From positions 1 to 64,000 of the forward strand of contig BAAIJX010000060.1 in NCBI GenBank assembly GCA_054600435.1: DNA of 64,000 nucleotides. The letters are read 5' to 3'. The DNA comes from Neophaeotheca triangularis. Taxonomy: Eukaryota. Both the position numbers and the translations under genes were made by a program. Position 1 is the stretch's first letter, and the number at the start of each line of letters is the position of its first letter. The notes under the pieces were generated by a model. The model saw only the letters and a program-made list of their open reading frames with translations. It was not told the origin of the DNA and searched no databases. This document shows positions 24,751-35,985 of the stretch, in pieces.

Positions 24751-25342
24751 ATGAAGTTCACCACCATTGCCATTGGCGCTCTCAGCGCCGCCGTTGCCTC
24801 TGCTCAGGGTCCCCCTGAGATCTCTCCCCTCCGCGCCGGCGCTTCCCTCTACTACAACTCCACTCTCCTCGACCAGACCAACCCCGATGACTACCGTTGT
24901 CTGACCACCTCCGAGTTCAACTCGCGCATCCCTGAATGCGTACGACCTTGCCAGATCCGTGCCAACCGTGAGGATCGTTGTGCGTACGACGACTACAAAT
25001 GCCACTGCCAGAACTACAACGAGTACTCGAGCGTAAGTCCCCTCGCCCTTGCTGGCATCACCCAAAAAGAAAAGAAAAAAAGAGCCCCCTTACCGACAAC
25101 TACACTAGATCATCGAGACTTGCGTCTTCCCGCCAGAGATCAGGGAGGGTGGCGAAGGTGCCTGCGAACTCTCCGATCTCGGACAACTTCTTCCCCTCGT
25201 CGACCAGATGTGCAACTTCTTCAACGCAACCGGCTACTCCGCCTACGAGAACTGCGACAAGTGCAAAGAGTACCCCATCAACCTTTCGCCCTTGGTTACG
25301 CTAGAGATCCTTTCGGAGACCGTCGTCACCGTCGAGGACTAA
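24751..25342 (+). CDS. Small secreted CFEM-domain protein, 1 intron
   Basis: Signal peptide MKFTTIAIGALSAAVASA. Intron 25033-25108 (gtaagt...ctag). Spliced IPECVRPC...DRCAYDDYKCHC...IIETCV...GAC...QMC gives the 8-Cys CFEM spacing. Ends VVTVED*. Confidence 0.88.
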
Positions 25343-27408
25343 GTGCTCAGACGTATTAGTCCAGGAAGATCTCGAAGGATGGATGACCCTGCTGAAGATG
25401 GATCCATGGTAGAGATAATAATGCATATATGATCTGAAGTAATACCTATTGCACTACAGTAATTCTCTAGTCTTTCTATCTGCTCTGGTTTAGTTGAGTG
25501 CAAATTTCCGAAATATTCGGCCGGTTGGGGACCACCAATCGTTCGCGGCGCCGAGTCTACTTGATAAAGCCCAACGCTCAGCAGCCAATGATCAGAACAA
25601 GTCCTCGTCAATGGCCATCCCGGGCACGATGGCTCTGGAGGTTTACCGCCACATAAACGCTGGAGAGTTGAGGCATGACCAAGCCAGCACCTTCTACACA
25701 CCCCGCATGCCCCTTGAACATATAGCTGTATAGATGTCATCTGCCTATCGCCTGGAAGCCGTATCCACTTTCGTTCTTCAGGGCCCCAATGAGACTGAGT
25801 GGCAGGGACGGGACACATGGTTGGCTTCAGCGACTGCTCGGTCGGATAGAGGCTTTGAAGTTGGACGTCTCGCAATACCTTCGTACGGGTATGTTGTCGG
25901 CAACGTTTACATTCGGCTCGTTCATTGTCCCACTGGCGCGTGCTGTTGTCGCGGCTTTCGATTCCCGGGCGAATCTGCCGCTTCTACTAAACGTAGCGAT
26001 GTATAGGGTGGAGCCCAAGTGCGGTGCCTCACATACCTAACCAGAGTAGATTTCATACAACACCCAAGCTCGCCGGGTACTATCGGGAGGGTTTTTAGAA
26101 CGATCGAGCTCGCTACTTCGGCAGGGTTTGATACGACGGAGGTTGCTGGAGGTTTTATGCGGTAGGTACCCGCCAGAATAGTTCCACGCGATCGTGCAGG
26201 GATTTTGCTACAAATTCCTCCGGAGTGCAGGGCCTCATGAGATGTTAGATAAAATCACAAGGAAAAAGAATCCGAAAGTTGCTCGATTCGACGATCACTC
26301 CTGCGGCGTCGGCTCGTCGTGTCGGGATCGTAGTAAAACGAGAATTCTGAATAACCGAGTAAAGGGCAAAAGACTGACTACCTGTAAAATCTTAATTGAA
26401 GTTACTCTATAGGAAGCATTAGGCCTCGGGGAGCAGCTCTGCCTATTAGTAATGTCATTGACTGCCATCATGAGTTCTTAAATGAAACCGCGCCGAGCAA
26501 AGTCAGGTACTTCGAAAGATTCAATCCCGATGTGCTGGTCTCGCTATGTCGAGGTAGCAGTGCGGCGAAGAGAGAAGCCTTCTAAAGGCTATGTGTTTCG
26601 GGAAGAGCATGTGGTTCCTTAATGGTACCACGATGTGCCAGATCCGAGAATTGGAACGACAAAACCTGCGACGCTGAGCTCGCTATGTCGAAATCGCCAT
26701 ACAGCAATGGGAATAGCCGCCTGAAGGCTACGTGTTTTTGGAAGGGCACGTGGTTGTCATTGACCAAGTGTGGCCATTGCGCCGTACGGTGGCATGGGAG
26801 CTTTTCGTGAGCACTTGGTTTGGGAAAGAATAGGACACTCCAGGTGTGGCCCAATAACACGTAGGTATATCAGTGTACCTAGGTATGTTGTAGGCATATA
26901 GGGATGCAATTGACGAGATGCTCGTGTGAGGTGAGACCTGAACGTAATTGCGGACCTGTCCTAAGCCGGACTAGCGTGGTTTGCAGTGAACGTCCTTCCA
27001 GCCTCATCTCATGGTCCTCGCCAACATACATCTACGCACTCTCGGTGGTGCAATGAAGAGTTTGTATCTGTTCGTCGACTGCAACATGTTAATAGTGAAT
27101 ATCCGAAGCTTGTGATACGGGTAGTCGCATCGCAACCAGCCAGAGACAATCACTATCGACTCGTCAGCGCGGATGGTCAGCGATCTCGGCGAACATCCAA
27201 CTGTTTCCCTTCTTCCATCAAGACAGGAGAGGTAGGTTCCTAACGTTGCCGTCAGCGTCGCATCGATTGCGCTCAAGATCCTACTTCCAAGAAGCATCAG
27301 TTTGGATATACGTCGACATTTGCTACCTACTCGTTACCTGAGCGCTATCGATCGATACTCCTACCTTTCATCAGTTCACCCCAGACAATATCGCTCCAGA
27401 CCAACGCC

Positions 27409-28023
27409 ATGGGCTGGACATTAACATCGACGGCCGCACGGAAGCCCACAAGTCCGACCCTCCTATCCATTCCTCCCGAGCTACGCGCTCTCATCTTCGA
27501 ATTCGCACTCACAGCCTCTCATCCCCTGGTAGCATTCCGCCTCGATCCTTACCAACGCGACAGCTACACCGAAGCGACCCAGCCAACTCTCACTAAAGTA
27601 AACCGACAAGTGCGCGAAGAGGCACTCCCGATCTTCTACGGCAGCAACACCTTCGTCCTACATACGAACAGCACTAAAGCAGAAGAGGCGCGGAGCTGGC
27701 TACACTCAATCCCCAACCATTTGCGGCTGGTACAGCATATCGATCTATGGGTGAGGTACTGCGCTACGCATCGAGATCCGCCGCAAGGGGCGTTGAGGGT
27801 GTCTATGCATTACGACGTGCGTGCGGATCACTGGAGGGTTGATCAGGAGTGGGGTTGGGTCACGGTTGTGAAAAGACCGGCCAATGTGCCCGAGCATGCG
27901 GTGCAGGTTGTAAGAGCTTTGAGTGAGGTGGTTGATGGGAAGCGGAGGACCGAGATGGGGCCTGAGCAGTATGTGTATTGCACGAAGGCGGTTATGATGA
28001 TTGACGAGGGAAGTATTATCTGA
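27409..28023 (+). CDS. F-box-like (2EXR-type) hypothetical protein
   Basis: TLLSIPPELRALIFEFAL N-terminal motif followed by LTKVNRQVREEALPIFYGSNTF, a pattern common in filamentous-fungal F-box-like families. Confidence 0.72.
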   Translation: MGWTLTSTAARKPTSPTLLSIPPELRALIFEFALTASHPLVAFRLDPYQRDSYTEATQPTLTKVNRQVREEALPIFYGSNTFVLHTNSTKAEEARSWLHSIPNHLRLVQHIDLWVRYCATHRDPPQGALRVSMHYDVRADHWRVDQEWGWVTVVKRPANVPEHAVQVVRALSEVVDGKRRTEMGPEQYVYCTKAVMMIDEGSII

Positions 28024-28795
28024 GACCGAAATCAGCTACGTTTCGCGAAAAGCAACTGCAGATGCGTGACCACGCGTAGTACTAGCAGTGTGCGAGCCAT
28101 GGATGGTGCACTAAAGCCACACAAGCGCCAATCCTCAGCCATCGGGCTCTGCTATTGAAGGAGAATTGTCCACAAGAACTCGGAATCTGCGAGAAAAGGA
28201 TACGAGCAGCTGCGCGCCCCTATGATTGGGCCCTTTTCATGAGCCAGTCTACCGGCGCTTGGTAGGCACGAATTTCTTGATTGCGCATCCTGAGCGGTAC
28301 AAAGCGAGCATTAACATTGCATGAGTGTTTCAACGCCACATCTTTTAATGCTTTCTGCTTTGCCTTGCCCAATGCCTATCAGGTAGCAAGGAGCCTTGAA
28401 AGCCTGCGAGCTTTGATGGTAAAGCCGCGTTGATTGCCGCGTTGAGTTGTGCTGTCAGCACAGCTCTTGTGTTTGAGACCGCCAAAGCAAAGCCGCAAAG
28501 ACCAGCAAAGAGGATCATCGCCCGCTACTGTGTCTCTGAGCGCCTGCATCAAAAGACGATGCTTGCAGTTTGCTTGACTTTACGATCTTGTCGACAATGA
28601 TTGTTCAAGCGACAAGCACCTAGTCCCTTAGTCGCATGGCAGTATCCTCTGCAAAGTCAAGTTATAAGTTGTCAAGCTTATGGCATTCTCCAAATCTCTG
28701 CACTACCAAATTATTTCCCCCTCAACTCATCCAAACTTTCTACAGCTATCAGAACTACATCCGCCTGGCACTTTCCATCTGTCACAACGGCCACA

Positions 28796-31700
28796 ATGCC
28801 TAGCGCCGCGAGTAGGGCTGCGCAGAAGGCAAAACAGGCTGGGAGAGGAGGAGGTGGGCCACCTGTCCCGCAGGCCGCTGCGGCAAACGTCGCAGCGCCT
28901 CCTACGGTAGGGGTTGTGACGAATCAGTTGAGCCAAACGACCTTAAGCAACAACGCCTCCCAAGCTACGCCTCCGCGCACTACCAGTGTCGAAACCAACG
29001 AGGAGGCTGCACCTAAGCCTCGGGAGCCTGATCTCGTACTTCCTGAAGCCCGCGCGGATCGAAAGGCAGGGAAAGTAATCAATATCGCCAGGTGCCCTGA
29101 CCACCGTCTGACCAATGCTCCCAAAATAGCGGATGCACTTGCCGACCCTGTCAACGGCATCTCCTCGAGCGATCGCTACGTCGTTCGAAAGGACAACGTC
29201 ATTGGGCCCGATGAATTCAGGGTACTCACGAATCATCTGCCTCTTTTGCTGAACAAGGATCCGACCAAGTCCACCATGACGATCTACTACTACGAAGTCA
29301 ACGGCATTTCCGAAAGCAGTCGAAGACCCAAAAAGCGCGTTCTCATGGAGAGCTTCATGCACAGTTGCAAGTTGCTCTCCGACCAGGCGGACGTCTTCGT
29401 CACGGACTACCAAAAGAAGATTTTCGCCTGCAGAGACCTCACGATCCTCGATCAAGCCACATATGGTCAGGGTCGGGAAGGCGACGAGATCGCAAGGGTT
29501 GATGTTGAGTCCAGAGATCACAACGGCAACGGTAGCCCCCTCTCGCTCACGTTGAACTATGTCAAAGCGTTCCAGTACAGCGACTTGAATGATTTCTGCA
29601 GAACCGAGAATGCGGCTTGGACGGATGACGGGATCAAGGACGCCCTTGCTGTCGTGCTCACAAAGGCACTCCAGAATACCAGTGGCAACGACATCTTTCA
29701 TTTGGGCACCAACAAATTTTTCGAGAAGGTTGATCATTTTCCACTTCCTGAAAGCAAAGTCGGCATGAAGGGTTTTTCTTATGTCGTTCGTCCCGGCACT
29801 GGCATTGTCTTACTCAACCTCGATACCGCAACCAGCACGTTCTACAAGCCAATGCTGGTTTCCGATTATCTGAAGGCGGAAGGGCTGAACCCAGGAACTC
29901 GCAAAGATCTTATCGGTGTACGTGTCTGGATCAACTTCGAGAGAGCGCAGCACAACGCCGTTGCTTTGGGTGATGCCGATGCCTTCATCTTGGACGAGCC
30001 GCATCGGCGCACGAAAACAATCACTGACATATCCATGGAAACCGCCGACCGACAAAAGATCCACGGAAACAGCACGGTTCATAAACATATGCGAGAAAGG
30101 TATCACCGCGGCAAGCCACAATCTTACTGCGTCAACGTTGGCGGGCACGATGCGACCTCGGCGCGCTGGTATCTGGCAGAAGACCTCATGATTCTTCCAT
30201 ATCAGCCCTACCGTGGCACGCTTAGTCCTGAAATGACGAAGGAGATGATCTTGAAGGCGTGCCGTGACGCCGAGGGGAGCGTGAAGGCAATCGAGCGCGC
30301 TGGCCCGGAGCTGTTCAAGGTCAAGAAGGGCGACGGCTCTGAAAGTCAAGGCATCTTGGATTCGTTTGGCATCATCTTGAACCCTAGAGTGTTAGCTGTT
30401 CCGGCACGGATTGTTCGGTCACCCGGAGTCCGTTTTGCTGACGGTGAAACTGCTAGGGTCCAGCAGGGCAAATGGACGCTGAACCAGCAACGCTTCTTGA
30501 CTAATGACAAGAAGTTCAACAAGGGCCCCTGTTTTTTCGTCTCGGAAGACGCAAAGAGAACGATGGACAGAAACATGGCCGCGTACTTGAAAACTTTCTT
30601 TGACATTGTTGGTGTGAATGGGACCCTCGGTCTCACTGGCAAATTCACTGGCTTTTCCGAAGAGAATTTGATTTCTTACAAAGGCACGGGTGTCAATGAC
30701 TTCATGGAGTTGATGTCAGAAGCAGCGAGAAAAGGTGATCTCGCCGTGTTGGTTCTCCCCAAGAAATCAAGGGAACATCAGGCAACTTACGCTCATTTCA
30801 AGTCAGCAGCGGAGCAAAGCCTGGGTCTCAAGACTCTCTGTCTGGACGGTAGTAAGCGGAGACAATACATGAATGGGAATCAGCCGCAAGAGAAGCTGGG
30901 TGGCTACGCCAAAAACATCGGCATGAAGCTTAACCTTCGCCTTGGCAACAAGAACCACACTTTCTTCAATACTTCAGGTCCTTACTCAGAACTCTTTCCG
31001 AACAGTCTGAAGCCCTCGAATGTCATGATCCTTGGTGCGGACGTCGTCCACCCGAGCAAAGGGGCACTCAAGGGAACACCGTCGATTGCCGCAGTCGTCG
31101 GGACTGTCGATTCTCAGCTTTGCCAGTACTTCGGGTCTGCGAGGCGCCAGCCGGGACAAACAGAGGTGCGAACTTGCTTCAATGAAATGGATTTCCCCCT
31201 TTTGCTAACCACTTTCCAGATCATTCCAAGAACTAACATGCGTGCCATGGTCGAAGAGCGCCTACGTGCGTATCACAAGTCGAATCTCTCTCTACCCGAA
31301 GCGATCATCTACTACCGAGACGGCGTAGGGGACAGCCAGTACAGCTCCGTTCGGGACCTTGAGACCGAAGCTATCCGTGATGCTCATGAGACCGTAGCAC
31401 AAGAGAAGGGCCTGGAGGCAAAAGTCTCAATCACCACCATTGTCGTTACGAAACGTCACAAAGTTCGCTTCTATCCGAAACCAATAGCGCCAGAAGTTGT
31501 CCCGCGAGAAAAGTGGATTGCCACCAACAACGGTAATTGCATGCCAGGTACCGTGGTCGACCACTCGCTCACCTCGCCGTACTTTTACGACTTCTACCTA
31601 CTCTCCCATCAGGGCCTCAACGGTACTGCACGGCCAGCACATTACTTCGTGGTGGTGGACGAGAACGGGTTTGAGATGCGCCAGCTGCAAAAATTGGTAA

Positions 31701-32053
31701 GGCCAAGGGCTCTGCGCCTTTTGACTCCTGGAAAATACTGCAGCCACTAACGTGACTTCTAGTCCAACGATATCTGCTATTCCTACGCCCGATCCACGAC
31801 TGCAGTCTCCTACGCCACGCCTGCGTACTATGCAGACCACCTTTGCGAGCGCGTGAAGCAGTACTTCCGGCCCCTTTTCGACGGCGACGAGTCACTCTAC
31901 GAGCGCCATCCGAGCGCGGACAACTTCAACGTCGCTCATGAGTCAGATCGCATCGAGAACCAAGTCGCTGTGAACATGTGGAGCCGCGGAGGAGGTCGAG
32001 CTGACGGCAACCCATGGCACCCCAACCTGGACTTCACCACCTTCTGGCTCTGA
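28796..32053 (+). CDS. Argonaute (N-L1-PAZ-MID-PIWI), divergent fungal type, 2 introns
   Basis: L1 GFSYVVRPGTGIVLLNLD; PAZ CVNVG...WYLAEDL; MID YAHFK...MKLNLRLG; PIWI ILGADVVHP, PSIAAVVG, YYRDGVG, VTKRH, PGTVVD, GTARPAHY. Introns 31166-31219 (in-frame, 54 nt) and 31697-31762. Last exon CYSYARSTTAVSYATPAYYADHLCER...HPNLDFTTFWL*. Confidence 0.95.
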
Positions 32054-34480
32054 GCCGGCCGGCACGAGCATTTTGTACAACTAATCGTTCATCGACTTTG
32101 CTGGCGTCCCAGGTCGAGCTGGCTGCCATTCTACGTTTTATTTCTTGCTTTTGCCTCTCCCCCATCGACCCTCCTTTCCGACTGCTTTCTTGCGCACCAT
32201 TTACATGCACTTTCGTGCTCAGGCGTACCAGTCCGGCTGGCTGCCTTTTCTCGCTGTTTTCTGCTTTTGCTCGGTTTGGTTTTGCATGCACTTTCTGCGC
32301 AGGCGTCCCAGTCTGGCTGGTTGCCTTTTCGCGTTGGGGGTCTTTGCCTAGCTTAGCTTAGCTTAGCTTCGTGACCCTACCACGGCTCTGACGAGCATTT
32401 CTTTTGGAAATTGCTTTGCCTGACTTGGTTGTATGTTCTGCTGACGAGTCCCTGTGCGATGGTTTTGTGGTACGCTGCGGTCCGGGTCTCCGTTTATCAA
32501 CCGTTTGACACTTGCATCTGAGGAGCGACCATTGACTGTCTCGCCAGCTTGTCGGCCTGTGATGTCGTCCGGAACTACTCAAGCTCAGAATGATGCCCGT
32601 TGCGCTTTTAGTAGCCGGTCTGAGCAGCAGCCACTGTCCTAAGGGACCCCTGTATCTTTTGATGCTTCCCCTGCCCTTCGGGACTCTTCAAGTAAAATTT
32701 ATCTGGGATGTGACAATAGAACATAGTAGTTCATCACGTAGCCATTGTCACAAGCTCTGCTCAGTTAAGCCTACAGGAACCAGGAGTATCCACGAGCGGG
32801 CGTGCGAGCGAGTAATGCTCCCGTGATGCGAATACTCACCTCGCGAGCTGACAGAACGTTCGCCTCATAATAGCTGGTAGATGCCCCGCTGAGTCCGACG
32901 CGGAGATTCTTTGCAGCAGCCGTGTAAAACTCTGTGGAAACGTAATGGGCCCTGCCTGCTTTGTCGGCTCGCACGGATACGACATAGCTGACGATAGATG
33001 CTCACCGTGATAGCAGTAGCACCGTTTCAGTTGCGGCGCTTGCAAGCTACGATTGAGATTGTGCTCGTAGTAACGAGCACTTGTCTCCGCTGGAGGCAGA
33101 GACCTGCACACTAGGTCTACTGATATCCGGGAGACGTTTCTAACAGAGTGACTTTTGCAAAAGCCTTGTGGGAATCCGTATCGTAGGCAGTCACGTTCTG
33201 TGGTCTCCGCTACATGGCATGGAAAATTCGAAATGGACATTCTGCTGCGGCAAGGCGTCGTGTCCTCACTCAATGCTTCGCTCTCTCTTACAGAGTCTTG
33301 GAGAAGTCGTGTGTGATTGTCATGAGGACAACGAGGAAGCCTACCTTATCTTAGGCTGGTAAGGCTTTCAGCAAAGCCCGTGTGAAGTCAGAAAGACGCC
33401 CTCCTCTTCGTTTGACAGCCGAGCGACGCTAGTCGGATACGGCTAGCTCTGGAAGCAATGGAAAGATCTTCAGGGCGTAGCATCATGGGCCATGGGCCAT
33501 GGCGCCGAAACGGTGATAAGTTGATGACCGAATTCAACAAAAATCTCTGAGAAAACGCGGGCCCGACGGCAGAAGCATCAAGAGTGATTCAAGACCAATT
33601 CTACCGGATCAGATCAACGGGCGATCCGTGACTCGACATTATTCAGTATTATCCACGCTACTCCCCGAAAACTGCGCCTTTCTTTCTCGGCCTGAAGGTT
33701 GGCAGTGCTCTGATAATCTTCGATGCGTAGGGTGACGGGGTCTGACATCAATGCACCCACCTTGACAGAAACTATTACTGAGGTAAGGTAGGTATGTAAC
33801 TACCTAGGTACTCTAGGTAGGCAAACACATCAACTTTGCGACAACGCTTGCCCTGCCCTGCCTACCTACTACCTAGTACCTAGTACCTAGTACCTGCTAG
33901 TACGCTAGGAAAAATAAAATGTAAACTACACTTTCGCATCGTGTCTTGTTCTTGTTCCCAGTTGCCACGCGCGTCTGGCCGGCGCAGTTTGACGGTAGTA
34001 GTCAGTCGGTACAGCCACTCCGCACGTTGATACTACTACTTGACGCCGTTTGTTGACCGGATTAGCCTGGGCCACCTTGTCACGGGCCGTCACGAGCCTC
34101 TTTCCAAGGTCCACTATTGATTTCGCAAGACGTTACGAACTTACGACGGGCCATCTTCTTATCGAGCGCTGCGGTGGGGCATTATCAGCAGCAGCATAAA
34201 CTACCGTGGTTCGCTTTGTTGGGTGGGTTTCCTTCCATCTCCTTGCCACGCTTGTTGTCACTTTTTCTGGGTCCGCAGCCTTGCTGTGACCGCGAACGAC
34301 GACATATCCTTTTGTTTTCTTTTCACTCCCCGGGCCTTCTTTCCGTGGAATAACATCCCTTCGCAATCCGCCCATTTCCTTAGCACCCTTCACGAGTTCC
34401 TCCCAAACCAAAGACGCAACCCTTGGCAATCCTCTCAACTTCCTCCCACGAACCGAACCCAACCCAATCGCACATCCAAC

Positions 34481-35467
34481 ATGGCTCCCAGCGCAGTTAC
34501 CCCTCCGGCCGTCGAGGTCAAGAAGTCCCCTCTGGCCGCCCAAAATGGCGGCGCGCCTGACCCAGGCCGCATGAACACCAGCCGCAAGATTGTCATCTTC
34601 TCCGACTTCGACGGCACAATCTTCATGCAAGACACCGGACACATCCTCTTCAACGCACACGGCTGCGGCTCCGAGCGCCGCGAACAGCTAGAGAGGCAGC
34701 TCAAATCCGGCGAGCGATCATTCAAAGACGTTTCGGAAGAGATGTGGGGCTCTCTGGACATTCCCTTCGACAACGGCTTCGAGGCCCTTCAAGCCAACCT
34801 TGAAATCGACCGCGACTTTCAAACCTTCCACAAATTCTGCCTCAACAACAAGATCCCCTTCAACGTCATCTCCGCCGGCCTGAAGCCCGTCCTGCGCCGC
34901 GTCCTCGACCACTTCCTCGGCGAGCAGGACAGCGCAGCCATCGACATCGTCGCCAACGACGCCGAAATCGACGCCGAGGGCCACGCCTGGAAGCCCGTCT
35001 GGCGCCACCAGAACGACCTCGGCCACGACAAGTCCCTCTCGCTCGCCGAGTACAAAACGCAAGCGCAAATCGAAAGCGAAGACGGCACGATCCCCATGAT
35101 CGTCTTCATCGGCGACGGCGTCTCGGACCTGCCGGCCGCGCGCCACTCCGACGTGCTCTTCGCCCGTCGCGGTCTCGCTCTCGAGGACTACTGCGTCGAG
35201 AACAAGGTGCCCTACATCCCCTACGACACCTTCGCCGACATCCAGCGCGAGATTGTCAAGATCGCGCACCTGGACGAGAAGAAGACGCAAGGCAAGGGCC
35301 TCCCGGCCAACTTCAACCCGCGCGCCAACATGTGGCGGCGCATCAGCAGCAAGAACGCCGTGCCGCAGGCCGCCGTTGCCGCGACGCCTGTCGAGGAGAG
35401 GGCGTTTGTCTGGCCCGAGACCTTTACCGACCAGAAGACGCAAAAGCCCGTGACCATCCAGGAGTAA
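34481..35467 (+). CDS. HAD-superfamily phosphatase (MtnX-like / yeast Pyp1-YNL010W-like)
   Basis: Motif I IFSDFDGTI, motif II VISAG, GHDKS, motif IV FIGDGVSDL; ATG at 34481 in good context. Confidence 0.9.
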   Translation: MAPSAVTPPAVEVKKSPLAAQNGGAPDPGRMNTSRKIVIFSDFDGTIFMQDTGHILFNAHGCGSERREQLERQLKSGERSFKDVSEEMWGSLDIPFDNGFEALQANLEIDRDFQTFHKFCLNNKIPFNVISAGLKPVLRRVLDHFLGEQDSAAIDIVANDAEIDAEGHAWKPVWRHQNDLGHDKSLSLAEYKTQAQIESEDGTIPMIVFIGDGVSDLPAARHSDVLFARRGLALEDYCVENKVPYIPYDTFADIQREIVKIAHLDEKKTQGKGLPANFNPRANMWRRISSKNAVPQAAVAATPVEERAFVWPETFTDQKTQKPVTIQE

Positions 35468-35985
35468 ATCGTCAGCATCGTTGCAGCCTTTTTCCTTGAT
35501 CATCCTTCTATCTGCGTGCATGAGCATATGCGGTGTTGGCGGCGTTTTTGGGTTTGGTTCGAATTTGTGATATCTGGCAACCACCAATGCCTCGCGGGAT
35601 TTGAACACGCTCAGAAGGAGCGAGTAGAGCATAGAGAAGCAGAGATTACGAAGTGATACAGTATAGACTTTCAGAACAATTTCGGTTCTCAATCAATTGC
35701 CCATGTGCTTCTTTGCGCTGTCGTGAAAATGCTCAATTTGACTTTGGGAAGAAAAGTGATGATTGGTGAAGTTGATGAAAACGCGCTCAGCGGAGACGAC
35801 TCTGCAAATCCTGCCTGCACAGATGCCACGATCGCTAGGAGCAAAAACACGTTCAAGTACATACATGGCAGCCCTTGGAGAAAAGAAAAAAAAAAAGTCT
35901 ATATTGTTATCGTGTCTATCATATACTATCTACCCAGCCAAAACGCGACCCACGGTTACCAGCGCCATCTCATGCTCCGATCTAT

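Noticed and set aside
28601..28795. Open in-frame extension upstream of the Argonaute ATG (TTG start in the ORF track)
   Set aside because: The ATG at 28796 has good context (CACAATG); the extension resembles a pyrimidine-rich leader.
33865..33905. (TAGTACC)n repeats, and (CTTAG)n at about 32348-32367
   Set aside because: Simple tandem repeats without spacers; not CRISPR-like or transposon termini.
34718..35692. 324-aa antisense ORF over the HAD gene (likewise 4459-5307, 28943-29737, 46960-47799)
   Set aside because: Shadow ORFs caused by biased codon usage of the real genes; no recognisable motifs.
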